64,000 bases of DNA from Coraliomargarita sp. (GTDB taxonomy: Bacteria > Verrucomicrobiota > Verrucomicrobiia > Opitutales > Coraliomargaritaceae): the NCBI GenBank assembly GCA_965216325.1, contig OZ244160.1, positions 1,568,001 through 1,632,000 of the forward strand, written 5' to 3'. Shown here in pieces: positions 31,428 to 42,793 of this stretch (the first letter of the stretch is position 1; each line of letters opens with the position of its first letter). A model generated the notes under the pieces. That model did not search any database. It saw only the letters and a program-made list of their open reading frames with translations, and was not told the DNA's origin. A program made the translations under genes and the position numbers.

Positions 31428-31578
31428 GTGTATGCTGAAGCAACGTGGCCGCGTCGGGGTAAACTCCGCGATCTCGTCCTATGGGTAGCGCTGGGGGTAG
31501 TCAGCTCTACTTAATTAATAACACTGATTAATAGGGCTTTGGCTCTATTTCAAGAATTTGTTTAGCGCAGAAAATCCC

Positions 31579-33309
31579 TTAGTTTCGCTCAATGAACCAG
31601 TTCTGCACCCCAGACGCATCGCGACAGTTCAGCACCTGAGCCGCAGTCAACCAGCCTTTACGTGCAATATTCACACCCGCAGCAAAGCAAGCAAGCCCCT
31701 CCGTGCTGTGCGCATCGGGGTTGATGGCACACATCAAACCGCGCTCAGCAGCCCGGCGCCAAAGACGCCAATCAAGGTCGAGCCTGCGCGGGTTCGCGTT
31801 GATCTCAATGATGACTTTATTGGCAATCGCCGCGTCGATCACCTTCTGCAGATCAATCTTATAGGGCTCGCGGCGCAGCAGTAGGCGCCCCGTTGGATGC
31901 CCCAGCATGGCCGTCGCCGGGTGCTCAATGGCGCGAATCACACGGGCGGTCATTTCCTCCTCGGATTGACCAAAACTAGAGTGCACCGACATGACCGCAT
32001 AATCCAGCGCGTCCAAGGTCGCATCCTCCAGATCCAGCGAACCGTCCGGCAAAATATCACACTCGATTCCGGAAAAGACATGGACCGGCGACTCCCCAGA
32101 CTCGTTAAAGGCCCGGATCATCTCGACCTGCTTCAGCACCCGCTCGTCGTCCAAGCCCTTGGCCTGGTAACTCGCCTTGGAGTGATCGGCCAGACCGAGG
32201 TAGTCAAACCCCAGAGCCTGTGCCGCCTCCGCCATTTCCTCGATCGAAGCACGGCCATCCGAAGCAGTCGTGTGATTGTGAAAAACGCCACGAATGTCCG
32301 AAACCTTCACGAGTTCCGGCAACGCCTTCGCCTCCGCAGCTTCCAACTCGCCTAAGCCCTCACGCAATTCCGGCGGAATCTCCGCAAGACCGAGGAATTC
32401 AAACAACTCCGCTTCCGAGTTCACCTCAGGTTTCAGGCCTCCACCCTCATCCTTCTCACAGAGTCCCCACTCGCTCAGACTATACCCCCGCGCCAAAGCA
32501 CGCTGGCGCATCGCCACGTTGTGCTCTTTGGAACCGGTGAAGTGATGCAGCGCAAAGGCAAACTGCTCAGCTGGCACCACTCGTAGGTCGGCCTGCAGAC
32601 CGGATTCGAAGCGCACACTCGACTTGGTCTGACCATGCGCAGTCACTTCCTGCACACCCGCCTGCCCCACGAACCACTCCATGATCGGCTGTGGCTCGGA
32701 GGACGCCACGATGAAATCAAGATCGCCCACCGTTTCTTTCAAGCGACGCAGGCTGCCAGCCGCTTCGGCGTGCTCAACCTCGGGCAAAGCACGCAAGCCC
32801 GCCAAAATCGCCTCCGCCACCACACGCGCCTCCCACCACAAATGACGCTGCGCGTAGGCCGCACGATTTTCGATGCCGGTCAAAATCTTCTCGGCCGACT
32901 TCGCACCAAAGCCCTTCAAGGCGGCAACCTCCCCCGACTCGCAGGCAGCCTTCAACGCATCGATCGACTCAACGCCCAAAGCATCGTGTAGCTTCTTGAC
33001 CTTTTTGCCCCCCAGTCCCGGGATCTGCAGCATCTCAATCAAGCCCGGCGCCACCGAAGCACGCAGCTCACTGTAATACTCTAACTCGCCCGTCGCATGC
33101 AGCGTCTCGATCTTATCTACCAGCGCCGAGCCAATCCCTTTGATTGAGCCCAAGCGCCCCTCCGCAATGATCTCTCCGAGATCATCCTCCAGCGTATCCA
33201 GCACACGTGCACCCGCCGAATAGGCGCGGATCTTAAACGGGTTCTCCCCCTTTAATTCCAGTAGGACCGCAATGTCCTCAAGGATCGCAACAATGTCAGC
33301 TTTGTTCAT
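31579..33309 (-). CDS. polX: DNA polymerase/3'-5' exonuclease PolX with PHP domain
   Basis: [35 protein letters not shown] motifs HNHT, DHS, HPTGR, PDAH. Confidence 0.95.
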   Translation of the reverse strand: MNKADIVAILEDIAVLLELKGENPFKIRAYSAGARVLDTLEDDLGEIIAEGRLGSIKGIGSALVDKIETLHATGELEYYSELRASVAPGLIEMLQIPGLGGKKVKKLHDALGVESIDALKAACESGEVAALKGFGAKSAEKILTGIENRAAYAQRHLWWEARVVAEAILAGLRALPEVEHAEAAGSLRRLKETVGDLDFIVASSEPQPIMEWFVGQAGVQEVTAHGQTKSSVRFESGLQADLRVVPAEQFAFALHHFTGSKEHNVAMRQRALARGYSLSEWGLCEKDEGGGLKPEVNSEAELFEFLGLAEIPPELREGLGELEAAEAKALPELVKVSDIRGVFHNHTTASDGRASIEEMAEAAQALGFDYLGLADHSKASYQAKGLDDERVLKQVEMIRAFNESGESPVHVFSGIECDILPDGSLDLEDATLDALDYAVMSVHSSFGQSEEEMTARVIRAIEHPATAMLGHPTGRLLLRREPYKIDLQKVIDAAIANKVIIEINANPRRLDLDWRLWRRAAERGLMCAINPDAHSTEGLACFAAGVNIARKGWLTAAQVLNCRDASGVQNWFIERN

Positions 33310-33348
33310 ACCGCGAAGCTGTGCCTCCAAGCAGGAAATGCAATCCTA

Positions 33349-34725
33349 TCAGCCTTCCAAGCGCAGCGTTTGATTAATCAGACGCTCCATCCATTTGTGA
33401 TCCACCTTGCCACGGTTATTGAGCGGCAGCAGTGGCACGTGGATCATCAGCTTGGGCAGCTTGTAGTTGGCCAAGTCTGCGCGAATCTCCGCTTCCCACT
33501 TGCGCGCATCGCTGTCGACACCCGCTGTTGTGTAAAACGCGACCAGCTTTTGGCCCCACTCCGGATCGGGCCAACCAATGGCGAGCACATCGCGGACGGC
33601 CCCCGTTTGACGGATCGCCTCTTCGACTTCCCGCGGGTCAATTTTCTCGCCACCACTAATAATCAAACGGTCCGTGCGCCCGACAATGTGCAAGCGCCCC
33701 AGTGCATCGTAATAGCCCTCATCATCGGTCCAATAGCCGTCCTCCGACAAGCCACCGCCAAGACTGCCTCGATAAGAATCAAATAACGACTCCGCTCGAA
33801 TTCGGATCCGGCCGGATTTACCAATTTCACAGACAAAATCATCACCACACATGATATCAATCTGCGCGTGATTGAGAGGACGCCCCGCATTGGTCTGCCC
33901 CGCCAGAAACTCATCCGGAGGCAAGGCGGCCACCATTGCAGCAGTCTCGGTCATCCCGTAACTCAAGACCAGCGGCAGCTTCAGCTCACGAGCCTGCTCG
34001 GCAACGGAATCTGGCAGCGGTCCACCGCCAATGAAAATAGCCCGGCAGTTCTGCAATTGGTCGGATGCCCCTTGTAGCGCCATGAGTCGTTGCAACTGGG
34101 TCGGCACCAAAGACAAACAAAGCGTGCCCGGCTCAAAATCAGGAAAGACTCCCCCCTGCAGCTCTTGAAAATCAGGAAAGGCAATCTGCCCCTGCGATAA
34201 GAACGCCCGCAGCAGCTGCATGAGCCCACTGACATGAAAGAGCGGCAGAATACAGCAAGCATGATACGGCCCTGGACCCATGAAACCACGTAAGCCTTCC
34301 CAAGCCGCAGAAAGAGTCTCCCATTGGTGACGTGAAAATTTCACACCACCGGAACTCCCACCGGTCGCGATATAAATACTCCCCGACGGCAAAGGCTTAA
34401 TCGTATCGCGTGCTTTTGTATTGAGAGGCGTCACACCATAGATCCGCGCCGGATTCATCACAGCGGACACTTCCTCCCATTCGCGCAGGCCCCAACGTCG
34501 GTTCGCCAAAATGACCGGAACATCCAGATACACTGCAGCAAAGAATGCAGCCGCAAAGCGGACCGGGTCCTTCTCCGCAACCATCACGCCGCGCGCACGA
34601 ATATCCGGCCTCGCCTTCAACGCCACAATGCGACGCTTCACCCGAGCGACGAAGGCAGCGCCCGAGACACCGGCGATCCACTCGCGGCGCAGGGCTTTTA
34701 ATTCGAATGGCGGAGTGCGTTCCAT
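33349..34725 (-). CDS. menE: O-succinylbenzoate-CoA ligase
   Basis: [39 protein letters not shown]; adjacent to menC. Confidence 0.82.
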   Translation of the reverse strand: MERTPPFELKALRREWIAGVSGAAFVARVKRRIVALKARPDIRARGVMVAEKDPVRFAAAFFAAVYLDVPVILANRRWGLREWEEVSAVMNPARIYGVTPLNTKARDTIKPLPSGSIYIATGGSSGGVKFSRHQWETLSAAWEGLRGFMGPGPYHACCILPLFHVSGLMQLLRAFLSQGQIAFPDFQELQGGVFPDFEPGTLCLSLVPTQLQRLMALQGASDQLQNCRAIFIGGGPLPDSVAEQARELKLPLVLSYGMTETAAMVAALPPDEFLAGQTNAGRPLNHAQIDIMCGDDFVCEIGKSGRIRIRAESLFDSYRGSLGGGLSEDGYWTDDEGYYDALGRLHIVGRTDRLIISGGEKIDPREVEEAIRQTGAVRDVLAIGWPDPEWGQKLVAFYTTAGVDSDARKWEAEIRADLANYKLPKLMIHVPLLPLNNRGKVDHKWMERLINQTLRLEG

Positions 34726-35672
34726 ACAGCTTCAGGCTCGAGTGCATTCAAGTTATCCTCGAAAGCATTGGCCGTATCAAACCCAATTGCGTAATGTCGC
34801 ACAGGTATTTGAGCCGCTAAGCGAGTAACATTCTCAACACCCACCGAAGTCTCAAACACCGAAGACAACACCACACGCTCGGCCACAGGCTGCAAGCGCT
34901 CAAGTAGCTTCACCGAGTCCCCCATCAAGAGCGGCTTCACCACCAGTGGGCCTTGCCACTCACTGAACCACTTAGAACCCGAGGCTCCGTTCAGCGACTC
35001 GTCCAGAGCAATCGGCACCTCGAAGCCCTCCATCAAGACAGCCATCTTATGCTCCTGACCAACCGCAAGCGGCTGTTCCAAAAACTCCACCTGCAACCGC
35101 GCCGCCTCGATCGAAGCCAGCCATGCGATTGCCTCACTCAAACTCAGCCCGCCATTCGCATCCAAGCGCAGGCGACCGCCCTGAGGCAGCCGCGCGAGCA
35201 AACGCTCAAAAACTGCCAACTCCTCGGGTACAGCCCCCACCCCAATCTTCCATTTAAAGCTTCGGTAGCCCGCAGCTGCTTTTTCCAACAGCATGGACTC
35301 GGCTGCAGCTCCTGCAGGCAGTAGTGCCGCAATTTCACGACGCGAAAAGGTAGAGACGGCTGCCCCCAGCCGTCCGTCCTCAGGAGCGGACACTTGAGGG
35401 CAAGCGCCCCTGCCCGCAGCACTCAGACCAAACGCACAACAGGGCAACTCCTCCGGAACTGCCAGATCCGGATTCTCTGCCAGCTGGTGCAAAAACTCCG
35501 CAGCCACCTGCACCGTCTCCGTGCCAAAGTCCGGCAAGGGCGCCACCTCGCCAAAACCGACCTGTCCGTCCTGCTCACAGCGAACAATAAAGCCCTCGCG
35601 CACCGACCACAGGCCGTGCGCAGTGCGCAAGGGCTGTCGAAAAACCCGACGATACGGTCGAAAAGAAAACAT
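34698..35672 (-). CDS. menC: O-succinylbenzoate synthase
   Basis: PLRTAHG..VREG, GEVAPLP, FKWKIG, RLDANG, EQP, LDES; ATG at 35672. Confidence 0.88.
   Translation of the reverse strand: MFSFRPYRRVFRQPLRTAHGLWSVREGFIVRCEQDGQVGFGEVAPLPDFGTETVQVAAEFLHQLAENPDLAVPEELPCCAFGLSAAGRGACPQVSAPEDGRLGAAVSTFSRREIAALLPAGAAAESMLLEKAAAGYRSFKWKIGVGAVPEELAVFERLLARLPQGGRLRLDANGGLSLSEAIAWLASIEAARLQVEFLEQPLAVGQEHKMAVLMEGFEVPIALDESLNGASGSKWFSEWQGPLVVKPLLMGDSVKLLERLQPVAERVVLSSVFETSVGVENVTRLAAQIPVRHYAIGFDTANAFEDNLNALEPEAVWNALRHSN
35349..35414. repeat. REP-like doublet embedded in frame in menC
   Basis: ggtagagacggctgcccccagccgtccg matches the reverse complement of 23576-23603 at 24 of 28 nt. Confidence 0.8.
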
Positions 35673-35679
35673 CTGGAGA

Positions 35680-35770
35680 GAAGGCTGAAGCTTGAAACCT
35701 GAAACTTGAAAAAAGAAAACGTGAAAACTGAGTATCCGTTTCACCGTTCAAGTTTCAAGTCTCAGCCTTC
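35680..35770. repeat. Inverted pair of heptamer arrays with no gene between
   Basis: gaaggctgaagcttgaaacctgaaacttgaa ... ttcaagtttcaagtctcagccttc. Confidence 0.8.
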
Positions 35771-35828
35771 ATCACTCTTTTGCCATCTTTCTACTTGAGA
35801 AAAGGCAATCATTTGCTGAGATCGGCCC

Positions 35829-37397
35829 ATGAAAGCTCCCAGCCTTGCAGACTTCTATCAGTCGGCCGACACCTTCTTCGCCGGCAATTTGCCTACGGGC
35901 CTGACTTACGACGACGTGTCGCTCGCCACGCTCTACTCGGAAGTACTCCCGCGTCAGACTAATCTGACCACACGCTTCTCCAAGACTCTGGAGCTGCAGA
36001 TCCCGATCATCTCGTCCGACATGGACACGGTGACCGAGTCCAAGATGGCGATTCAAATGGCGCTTAATGGCGGCATGGGTCTGATCCACTACAACATGAG
36101 CGACGAGAAACAGATCAAGGAAGTCGCTCGTGTCAAAAACCACATTCACGGCTTTATCCAAGAGCCGATCAAAGCCGGCCCGAATCAACAGATCGGCGAA
36201 GTGCTCGAGTTTATTCGCGAGCGCGGCTACGGCTTCAGCACTTTCCCAGTCGTTGATGCCGACGACAAATTGCTCGGTCTGCTGCCAGGTCGTGTCGTGA
36301 AGCCACGCTATGCGGACCGTCTCGTTTCCGAGGCCATGACTCCGCGCGATCAGGTTTACACACTCAACGAGAGCGAGATTAAGCAGGACCCGATTAAGAC
36401 TGCCGACAAGTTCTTCACCGAACACCTTGGCATTCACAAGCTGCTCGTTGTTGATGACAACGACACCCTTCGCGGCCTCTTCACCCTTTCCGACATCGAG
36501 CGTATCGCAGCAGAGCAGCAGCAGTCGGTGAAGCCTGCACGCGATGAGCATTTCCGCCTGCGCTGCGGCGCGGCAATCTCCGCCCACCGCAAGCCCGACG
36601 GCGAACTCGACAAGGATCGTATCTTCGGTCACGTCACACGCCTCGTCGAAGAGGGCGTCGATGCCGTTGCGGTGTCCACGGCGCACGGTTTCTCCAAGGG
36701 CGTCGGCGACACCATCCGTATGCTCCGCGCGGAGTTCCCGGACCTCACACTCATCGCCGGCAACGTTACCAGCGCCGAAGGCGTTGAGTTCCTCGCCGAT
36801 GCGGGTGCCGATGTCATCAAGATCGGTCAGGGCCCGGGGTCCATTTGCACCACACGCATCGTCGCGGGTGTCGGCATCCCTCAGATGACTGCGCTTTACG
36901 TTGCATCCATCGCAGCCAAAGCCAAGGGCGTCACCATCCTCGCTGACGGTGGTATCACCAAGTCCGGCGATATGGTCAAAGCGCTCACCCTCGCTGATGG
37001 CGTCATGTGCGGCAGCCTGCTTGCAGGTTGTAATGAAGCACCTGGTCAGCTTCTCGAAATCAACGGTAAGCTCTACAAGCAATACCGAGGCATGGGCAGC
37101 TCCGCTGCGATGGCTGACGGCTCCGCCGCGCGCTACGGTCACGACCGCAAGGACGTGTCCACCAAGGCAGCCGCTGAAGGCATCGAAGCCCTCAAGGAAT
37201 CCGTTGGTCCGCTCGCAGGTGTGCTCCGCGAACTCGTTGGCGGCATCCAGTCCGGCATGGGCTACCTCGGTGCAGCCACACTCCCAGAGCTCCGCTCCAA
37301 CGCTCGCTACATCCGCGTCAGCCCTGCCGGCCAAAAAGAGTCCGCACCACACGACGTGATTACCGTTAAGACCAGCGAATCGGACGCGACCAAGTAG
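35829..37397 (+). CDS. guaB: IMP dehydrogenase
   Basis: [18 protein letters not shown] pair, [22 protein letters not shown]. Confidence 0.97.
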   Translation: MKAPSLADFYQSADTFFAGNLPTGLTYDDVSLATLYSEVLPRQTNLTTRFSKTLELQIPIISSDMDTVTESKMAIQMALNGGMGLIHYNMSDEKQIKEVARVKNHIHGFIQEPIKAGPNQQIGEVLEFIRERGYGFSTFPVVDADDKLLGLLPGRVVKPRYADRLVSEAMTPRDQVYTLNESEIKQDPIKTADKFFTEHLGIHKLLVVDDNDTLRGLFTLSDIERIAAEQQQSVKPARDEHFRLRCGAAISAHRKPDGELDKDRIFGHVTRLVEEGVDAVAVSTAHGFSKGVGDTIRMLRAEFPDLTLIAGNVTSAEGVEFLADAGADVIKIGQGPGSICTTRIVAGVGIPQMTALYVASIAAKAKGVTILADGGITKSGDMVKALTLADGVMCGSLLAGCNEAPGQLLEINGKLYKQYRGMGSSAAMADGSAARYGHDRKDVSTKAAAEGIEALKESVGPLAGVLRELVGGIQSGMGYLGAATLPELRSNARYIRVSPAGQKESAPHDVITVKTSESDATK

Positions 37398-37416
37398 TTG
37401 CTGCGCCCCTCTAGCA

Positions 37417-37929
37417 ATGGATTCAATCATTCCAGCCGAGCATATTGCGACTGCGATCCATTGGATTCGGAAACAGAAAGTCATCCTCGATCGTGACTTG
37501 GCCGAACTTTACGGCGTTGAAACCCGGACATTAAAGCAGGCCGTCCGCAGAAACATTGAACGATTCCCAGAAGATTTCATGTTCTCTCTCTCAAATGAAG
37601 AGATGGATACCATGGTATCACAATCTGTGATACCATCGAAGAAAATCTTCGGAGGTGCCAGTCCTATGGCCTTTACCGAACAAGGCGTCGCGATGCTCTC
37701 GAGCGTTCTTCGCAGCCCGGAAGCGGTGCAAGTTAACATCGCGATCATGCGAACCTTTGTCGAACTGCGTAACTTAATGGATAGCAACCTAGAGCTCGCA
37801 CGAAAAATCGACGCGCTGGAAGATAAATACGATGAGCAATTTCTTGCCGTATTCGATGCAATTAAGCAGTTACTGGACGACTCAGCAGTAAATCATAAGA
37901 AAAAGAAGAAAATGGGATTTCATCCCTAG
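37417..37929 (+). CDS. ORF6N domain protein
   Basis: [52 protein letters not shown]. Confidence 0.9.
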   Translation: MDSIIPAEHIATAIHWIRKQKVILDRDLAELYGVETRTLKQAVRRNIERFPEDFMFSLSNEEMDTMVSQSVIPSKKIFGGASPMAFTEQGVAMLSSVLRSPEAVQVNIAIMRTFVELRNLMDSNLELARKIDALEDKYDEQFLAVFDAIKQLLDDSAVNHKKKKKMGFHP

Positions 37930-37939
37930 AAAGCAAAAA

Positions 37940-39487
37940 ATGCTAACTCCATTTCAAAGCCAACTCATTGCCGACACTGGCATCTCTACCGGCGACGAAG
38001 GCAAGGGCCGCGTCATTCTCGAGATCGTCAACGAACTCCGCGACGTCACTGGTCGCGAAGACTCCGTCGCTGCGGTCATGAAAGTCAACGGCGGCTCCAA
38101 CTCCGGCCACACCGTTGCAGGCATTAAGCTCAACCTCCTTCCAGGAGGCGTTGCCGACCCAAAGGTTCCCTATCTGCCAATCGGTTGCGGCGTCGTTGCC
38201 GATCCACGCAAGTTCCTCTGGGAATCCGCTTACGCCGAACTACACGGGCACGTCGCATTGAAGCGCCTAGCGATTGACGAGCGTTGCCTCGTTTCCGACC
38301 TCTGCCACCGCCTGCTCGACCTCGCATGGGAAGACTACCGCGTGCACGTGCAGAAAGGCGACCCACGCGGCTCCACCGGCCGCGGCATTACACCGGCCTA
38401 CCTCGACGAAGTCGGCCAATTCCAAATTTACTACGCCGACTTCCTCGGCAGCAAAGAAGCTTACGTCGCCAAAATGCAGGGCCGCATCGACCGCGCCATG
38501 CGCATCATCGAGCACGTTTGCCAAGTCGCGCCAGAACGCTGGCCAAGCTTCTTTGAAACCCTCAGCGGCGCCGAGACACGCGCCAACGCCGAAGTCATCG
38601 AAGCTGGCAAATTCGACGACGCCGAATTCGACTTCGGTCAATTCGCAGGCGAGGCACCTTTCACACTGAATGCCGAAAAGCTCATCGAGGCTTACTGGGC
38701 CGCAGGACAGATCCTCGCACCACAAGTCTGCGACGTGCGCGAATTGATCCTTCGCGAACAGGACAAGGGCAACTACATCATCGGTGAATTCGGCCAAGCT
38801 TACTGGCTCGATAAGCGGCACGGCTTCCCGCCCAACGTCACCGCCTCCCACACCTTTACACCGGAGTTCTTCCAGTCTGCAGGCATCCCCGCACAACCGA
38901 TCCACAATGTTGGTTGCTGCAAAGCTTACGACACCAAGGTTGGCACCCACGTATTTATTTCCGAGATCGACCTCGAACACCCGCTCAGCACCCAGCTGCG
39001 TAAGATCGAGTTCGGTGCAACTACAGGCCGTCAACGTATGGTCGGTTGGTATGACGCAGTTGAGAAAGGCGACGCCCTCCGCTACGGCGGCTATCAGGAC
39101 CTCGTGCTCAACAAGCTCGACGCCCTCTCCCACTCCGGTGACTGGCAAGGCGAACTGCAAATCTGCGTCGCCTATGAAGATGCAGACGGCAACGTCGTTT
39201 ACCACGTCCCGCGCGACGACAATTACCGCCGCACCCTGAAGCCGGTTTACAAAAACGTCCCAGGCTGGAGCGAAGACATCTCCGGCGTGCGCAGCTTCGA
39301 CGACCTCCCCGAGAACGCGAAGAACTACGTCGCATGGATGATGAAAGCCTTGATCGACGTCGCCAACCACGGCGACCAAAACAAGGACAAGTATCCAAAT
39401 CTCCGATACATCGGCGTCGGCCCCGAACCCAGCCAGATCATCAAGGACGTGCCCGACATCCAAGAATTGCTGAAGCTGGCGAAGTAG
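37940..39487 (+). CDS. purA: Adenylosuccinate synthetase (divergent)
   Basis: [45 protein letters not shown]. Confidence 0.9.
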   Translation: MLTPFQSQLIADTGISTGDEGKGRVILEIVNELRDVTGREDSVAAVMKVNGGSNSGHTVAGIKLNLLPGGVADPKVPYLPIGCGVVADPRKFLWESAYAELHGHVALKRLAIDERCLVSDLCHRLLDLAWEDYRVHVQKGDPRGSTGRGITPAYLDEVGQFQIYYADFLGSKEAYVAKMQGRIDRAMRIIEHVCQVAPERWPSFFETLSGAETRANAEVIEAGKFDDAEFDFGQFAGEAPFTLNAEKLIEAYWAAGQILAPQVCDVRELILREQDKGNYIIGEFGQAYWLDKRHGFPPNVTASHTFTPEFFQSAGIPAQPIHNVGCCKAYDTKVGTHVFISEIDLEHPLSTQLRKIEFGATTGRQRMVGWYDAVEKGDALRYGGYQDLVLNKLDALSHSGDWQGELQICVAYEDADGNVVYHVPRDDNYRRTLKPVYKNVPGWSEDISGVRSFDDLPENAKNYVAWMMKALIDVANHGDQNKDKYPNLRYIGVGPEPSQIIKDVPDIQELLKLAK

Positions 39488-39488
39488 C

Positions 39489-40235
39489 ATGCTCATTTCC
39501 GACAAGCATCGGCTCATCTTGATGCTACCTGAGAAGTGTGGTTCTTCCACCTTACAGAAGCGGCTAGCATCAATCCATGACGTGACTGAATTCGGGCTGG
39601 GCCATCAATATAGCCCTGAACTAAACAAAACACTCAGCAAACACGTCAGCATCAAGGATGCAAGAAGACTCAAAGCCTTTAAGATACGCTCACATTACCT
39701 CAAGGCTTGCTTTGTAAGAAACCCCTATGACAGAGCTTACTCTTGGTTTCACTGGAACATCAAAACTGTGCCTCAGAAGATTAAACTACTCGAAGAACGC
39801 AGAAGAAATACAGGTAAACTTAACGAGGAAGAGACTACAGCCCTAGACAAAGCTCAAAAACGTTTAGACCTGCTAGAAAAGCTAAACTATGACTTCGAGC
39901 AATTCATAACAGTGAAGCACAAACGCTTGAGGCCGACACACAGATACACCCATCATTGGCGCATGAAACAAGTTAACTTCATTGGCAGAGTAGAGACATT
40001 CGAAGCATGCTATCAACAGCTCTGTAAACGCATCAACTTCAAGCCCCCCTCATTCGAGAATGCAAATATCATCGGCACTCAACATATTAACAAAGCGAAC
40101 GAGGGAGAAAAACCAGAATACCTCAACAAGTATTCTAAAGCTGCCCTTGCAGTAATCAATAGGGCTTACGCAAGAGACTTTAAAATCTTCAATTACAAGA
40201 CATACACCTGCCAGGAAAATGAGCTCTACAATTAG
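39489..40235 (+). CDS. Sulfotransferase family 2 protein
   Basis: PEKCGSSTL (5'-PSB-like), FVRNPYDRAYS (3'-PB-like), FIGRVE, YARDFKIFNY. Confidence 0.8.
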   Translation: MLISDKHRLILMLPEKCGSSTLQKRLASIHDVTEFGLGHQYSPELNKTLSKHVSIKDARRLKAFKIRSHYLKACFVRNPYDRAYSWFHWNIKTVPQKIKLLEERRRNTGKLNEEETTALDKAQKRLDLLEKLNYDFEQFITVKHKRLRPTHRYTHHWRMKQVNFIGRVETFEACYQQLCKRINFKPPSFENANIIGTQHINKANEGEKPEYLNKYSKAALAVINRAYARDFKIFNYKTYTCQENELYN

Positions 40236-40297
40236 TCACACTGCGAAGCCAATACATCCATTCTTAGACTGCTGAATAGCTCTTGAATCCTATCCAC

Positions 40298-40627
40298 ATG
40301 AACAAAAAAATCCTAGCTGCCTGCGAGGCCTTCTCCACCGGCAAAGCCGAAAAGGCCTTACCACTCATCGCCGACAGTGTCGAGTGGCACATCGTCGGCG
40401 ACCACAGCATCGTCGGCAAAGCAGGCGTTGAGGAGACCTGCGCCGAAGCAGCCGCACAAGGGAACCCTAACTTTGAAAACGGGCGCGTGATCACCAGCAA
40501 ATCACACGTGATCGTTGAAGGACAAGACTTCGACACCGATGTTCACTACTGCGACATCTACACGATCGAAGACGGGCTGATCCACGAAATCACCTCCTAC
40601 TGTCTAGCACCCGCAGCGGAGGAGTAA
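40298..40627 (+). CDS. NTF2/SnoaL-like protein
   Basis: ADSVEWHIVG...GK, VIVEG, YCDIYTIEDGLIHEITSY. Confidence 0.75.
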   Translation: MNKKILAACEAFSTGKAEKALPLIADSVEWHIVGDHSIVGKAGVEETCAEAAAQGNPNFENGRVITSKSHVIVEGQDFDTDVHYCDIYTIEDGLIHEITSYCLAPAAEE

Positions 40628-40637
40628 GCCAAGCTTA

Positions 40638-40719
40638 GTAGATGCTCCACTTTGTGGATGCATTTCCAATTAGCGCAAACCGGCTGGGCACTAAAGTGAC
40701 GCACACGTGCGCACGCCAC
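40638..40719. repeat. REP-like doublet (family B)
   Basis: gtagatgctccactttgtggatgcat ... agtgacgcacacgtgcgcacgccac. Confidence 0.8.
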
Positions 40720-40732
40720 AATGGGGCCCTGC

Positions 40733-41152
40733 TTACTCGCCCTGGTAGCTCAGCACGATCCGGCGACTATGGCTGCGCGCACGGTGCTCCCAGAGGAACA
40801 CGCCCTGCCAAGTGCCGAGACAGAGTCGTCCATCCACAAACGGGATCACCTCTGCCGTTCGAGTCAGCGCCATCTTGATGTGGCTCGGCATATCATCCAG
40901 CCCCTCGTAAGTATGCGTAAAGTCCGGATCATTTTCCGGCACGAGTCGGTCAATAAATCGCTCCAAGTCACGCCGCGCAGAAGGGTCCGCGTTTTCCATG
41001 ATCACTAAGCTGGAGCTCGTGTGGCAGCAGAACACAGTAACCGTCCCCTCACGCAAACCCGAAGCTCGCAAGCCCTGCTCGATCTCATGGGTAATTTCTG
41101 CCGTCGCTTTACCCGGCGCACTGACGCGTATCTCTTTAGTAAAAACTGCCAT
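40733..41152 (-). CDS. yjbQ: YjbQ / UPF0047 family protein
   Basis: HTSSSL..ENADP, H.YEG.DDMPSHIK, LGTWQG..LWEHR. Confidence 0.92.
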   Translation of the reverse strand: MAVFTKEIRVSAPGKATAEITHEIEQGLRASGLREGTVTVFCCHTSSSLVIMENADPSARRDLERFIDRLVPENDPDFTHTYEGLDDMPSHIKMALTRTAEVIPFVDGRLCLGTWQGVFLWEHRARSHSRRIVLSYQGE

Positions 41153-41260
41153 TGCTCCAGCAAAGAAGGAACTGCGCGATCTGTGAAGTTTTTAAGCCGA
41201 TCCACGAACAATCGTCCTCTATAATTGCATTTAGCTTATTTGCATACACGCTGGATTTCT

Positions 41261-41812
41261 ATGAAAGCTCGATACCTCATCGCTCTATCTTGCGCTTTGG
41301 CTTGTTTATTTCCCGGCTGCGAAAGCCCCAAGACTGTTGACTACGACAGCGCTATGCTCGGCAAAATGCGGGCTTACAAATGCTACAGCATCGAAAGTCG
41401 CGAGGAGCGCTCTAGCTATCAGCACCTGTCACTCACCGAAATCGTAGATCGTCGCATCGTTACTGCGCTTGAAAACCAACTCAAAGTCCGCGGCTACCGC
41501 AACGACTGCGCCGAACCAGACTTCATCGTAACCTTTTTCACCAAAACCGAAAAGAAGACCACAGTTAACGACCTCGGAATGGCAGGCGGCTACTACCGCC
41601 GCTATCCATATCGTGGATTCTACGGTAGCAGCGCACGCTACAGTGTCGATCAATACGAAGAAGGCACCTTGATCGTCGACATCATCGACAACGAAACCAA
41701 ACAAATGGTCTGGCGGGGCGCAGCCTCACGTCGTTTGGGGCGCCAAGCTCCGCAGCAAGCGGAGATTCACGACATCATTGTCGATATTCTGGCGGAATTC
41801 CCACCGCAGTGA
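41261..41812 (+). CDS. DUF4136-like lipoprotein
   Basis: Lipobox FPGC, PDFIV, YEEGTLIVDIID..TKQMVWRG, FPP. Confidence 0.85.
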   Translation: MKARYLIALSCALACLFPGCESPKTVDYDSAMLGKMRAYKCYSIESREERSSYQHLSLTEIVDRRIVTALENQLKVRGYRNDCAEPDFIVTFFTKTEKKTTVNDLGMAGGYYRRYPYRGFYGSSARYSVDQYEEGTLIVDIIDNETKQMVWRGAASRRLGRQAPQQAEIHDIIVDILAEFPPQ

Positions 41813-41866
41813 GCACCAATACCTGATTGGGGTTGACTCTAGAGCCGATTCCAACGCTCTAGAGGC

Positions 41867-42466
41867 ATGAATATCGTTTGCCTCGACCTCGAGGGGGTGC
41901 TCATCCCCGAAATCTGGATCGCATTTGCCGAAAAGACCGGCATCGAAGCCCTGAAACGCACCACACGTGACGAACCCTGCTACGACACGCTGATGCGTTA
42001 CCGCCTAGACATCCTCGACAAAGAAGGCTTCAAACTGTCCGATATTGAAGAAGTCATTGGCACCCTTGACCCACTTCCCGGCGCAAAGGAATTCGTCGAA
42101 TGGGTCACTTCGCAAACTCGTCTAGTCATCCTTTCCGACACCTTCCGTCAATTCGCAGGCCCTTTGATGGCCAAGCTTGGATACCCGACACTCTTCTGTC
42201 ATGATCTCGTAATCGACGAGACTGGCCGCATCGCGGACTACAAGCTCCGCCTTCCAGACCACAAACGCAAGGCAGTCGAAGCCTTCAAGGCACTGAACTT
42301 CGAACCTTTCGCAGCCGGCGACTCCTACAACGATCTCAGTATGATCGATTGCGCGGACAACAAAGCACTCTACTGCCCACCTGAGCGCCTGATTAAGGAG
42401 CGCCCTGATCTCGCAGTCGCAACCACTCACGCAGAACTGCGCGCGATCATCGAAAAGCACCTTTAA
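41867..42466 (+). CDS. thrH: Phosphoserine phosphatase / homoserine phosphotransferase
   Basis: CLDLEGVLIPEIWI, TTRDEP.YD.LM, ILSDTF, AAGDSYND. Confidence 0.93.
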   Translation: MNIVCLDLEGVLIPEIWIAFAEKTGIEALKRTTRDEPCYDTLMRYRLDILDKEGFKLSDIEEVIGTLDPLPGAKEFVEWVTSQTRLVILSDTFRQFAGPLMAKLGYPTLFCHDLVIDETGRIADYKLRLPDHKRKAVEAFKALNFEPFAAGDSYNDLSMIDCADNKALYCPPERLIKERPDLAVATTHAELRAIIEKHL

Positions 42467-42488
42467 CCCCACAAACCACAAACACCCC

Positions 42489-42785
42489 ATGCTAGTCCAT
42501 ACAGTCCTATTCTGGCTCCGCAAAGACCTTGACCGAGACAAAGTCACCGAGTTCCGCCTCGCACTGGAAACAATGAAAGGCATTGAGCATGCCGAGGCCG
42601 TCTACATTGGCGTGCCGGCAGCCACACCCGAGCGTCCGGTCATCGATACCAGTTATGATTTCTGCCTAACCGTGATTCTGAAAGACATGGCAGCGCACGA
42701 TGCGTATCAGGCGGACCCAATCCACGTTGAGTTCCTCAAGAACAAGGACCTGTGGAAAAAGGTTAAGATCTACGACGCCGACTAA
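42489..42785 (+). CDS. Dabb (stress-responsive A/B barrel) protein
   Basis: HTVLFWL, SYDF.L, HDAYQADPIH, KIYD. Confidence 0.85.
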   Translation: MLVHTVLFWLRKDLDRDKVTEFRLALETMKGIEHAEAVYIGVPAATPERPVIDTSYDFCLTVILKDMAAHDAYQADPIHVEFLKNKDLWKKVKIYDAD

Positions 42786-42793
42786 ATGCCCCA

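Noticed and set aside
31428..31578. 6S RNA upstream of rny
   Set aside because: Gap is too short once the promoter-like tract is excluded, and no long rod structure is evident
31579..33309. Catalytically altered PolX
   Set aside because: GDLD and the third Asp (ADLR) are intact, so it looks canonical
35772..37484. 570-aa antisense ORF over guaB
   Set aside because: Shadow frame of a strongly codon-biased gene; no recognisable motifs
37940..39487. PurZ (Z-genome) system suggested by divergent purA plus a dUTPase-like gene
   Set aside because: The GDEGKG Asp is retained, the context is guaB, there are no phage genes, and the dUTPase lies over 20 kb away
38267..39550. 427-aa antisense ORF over purA
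   Set aside because: Shadow frame; no motifs
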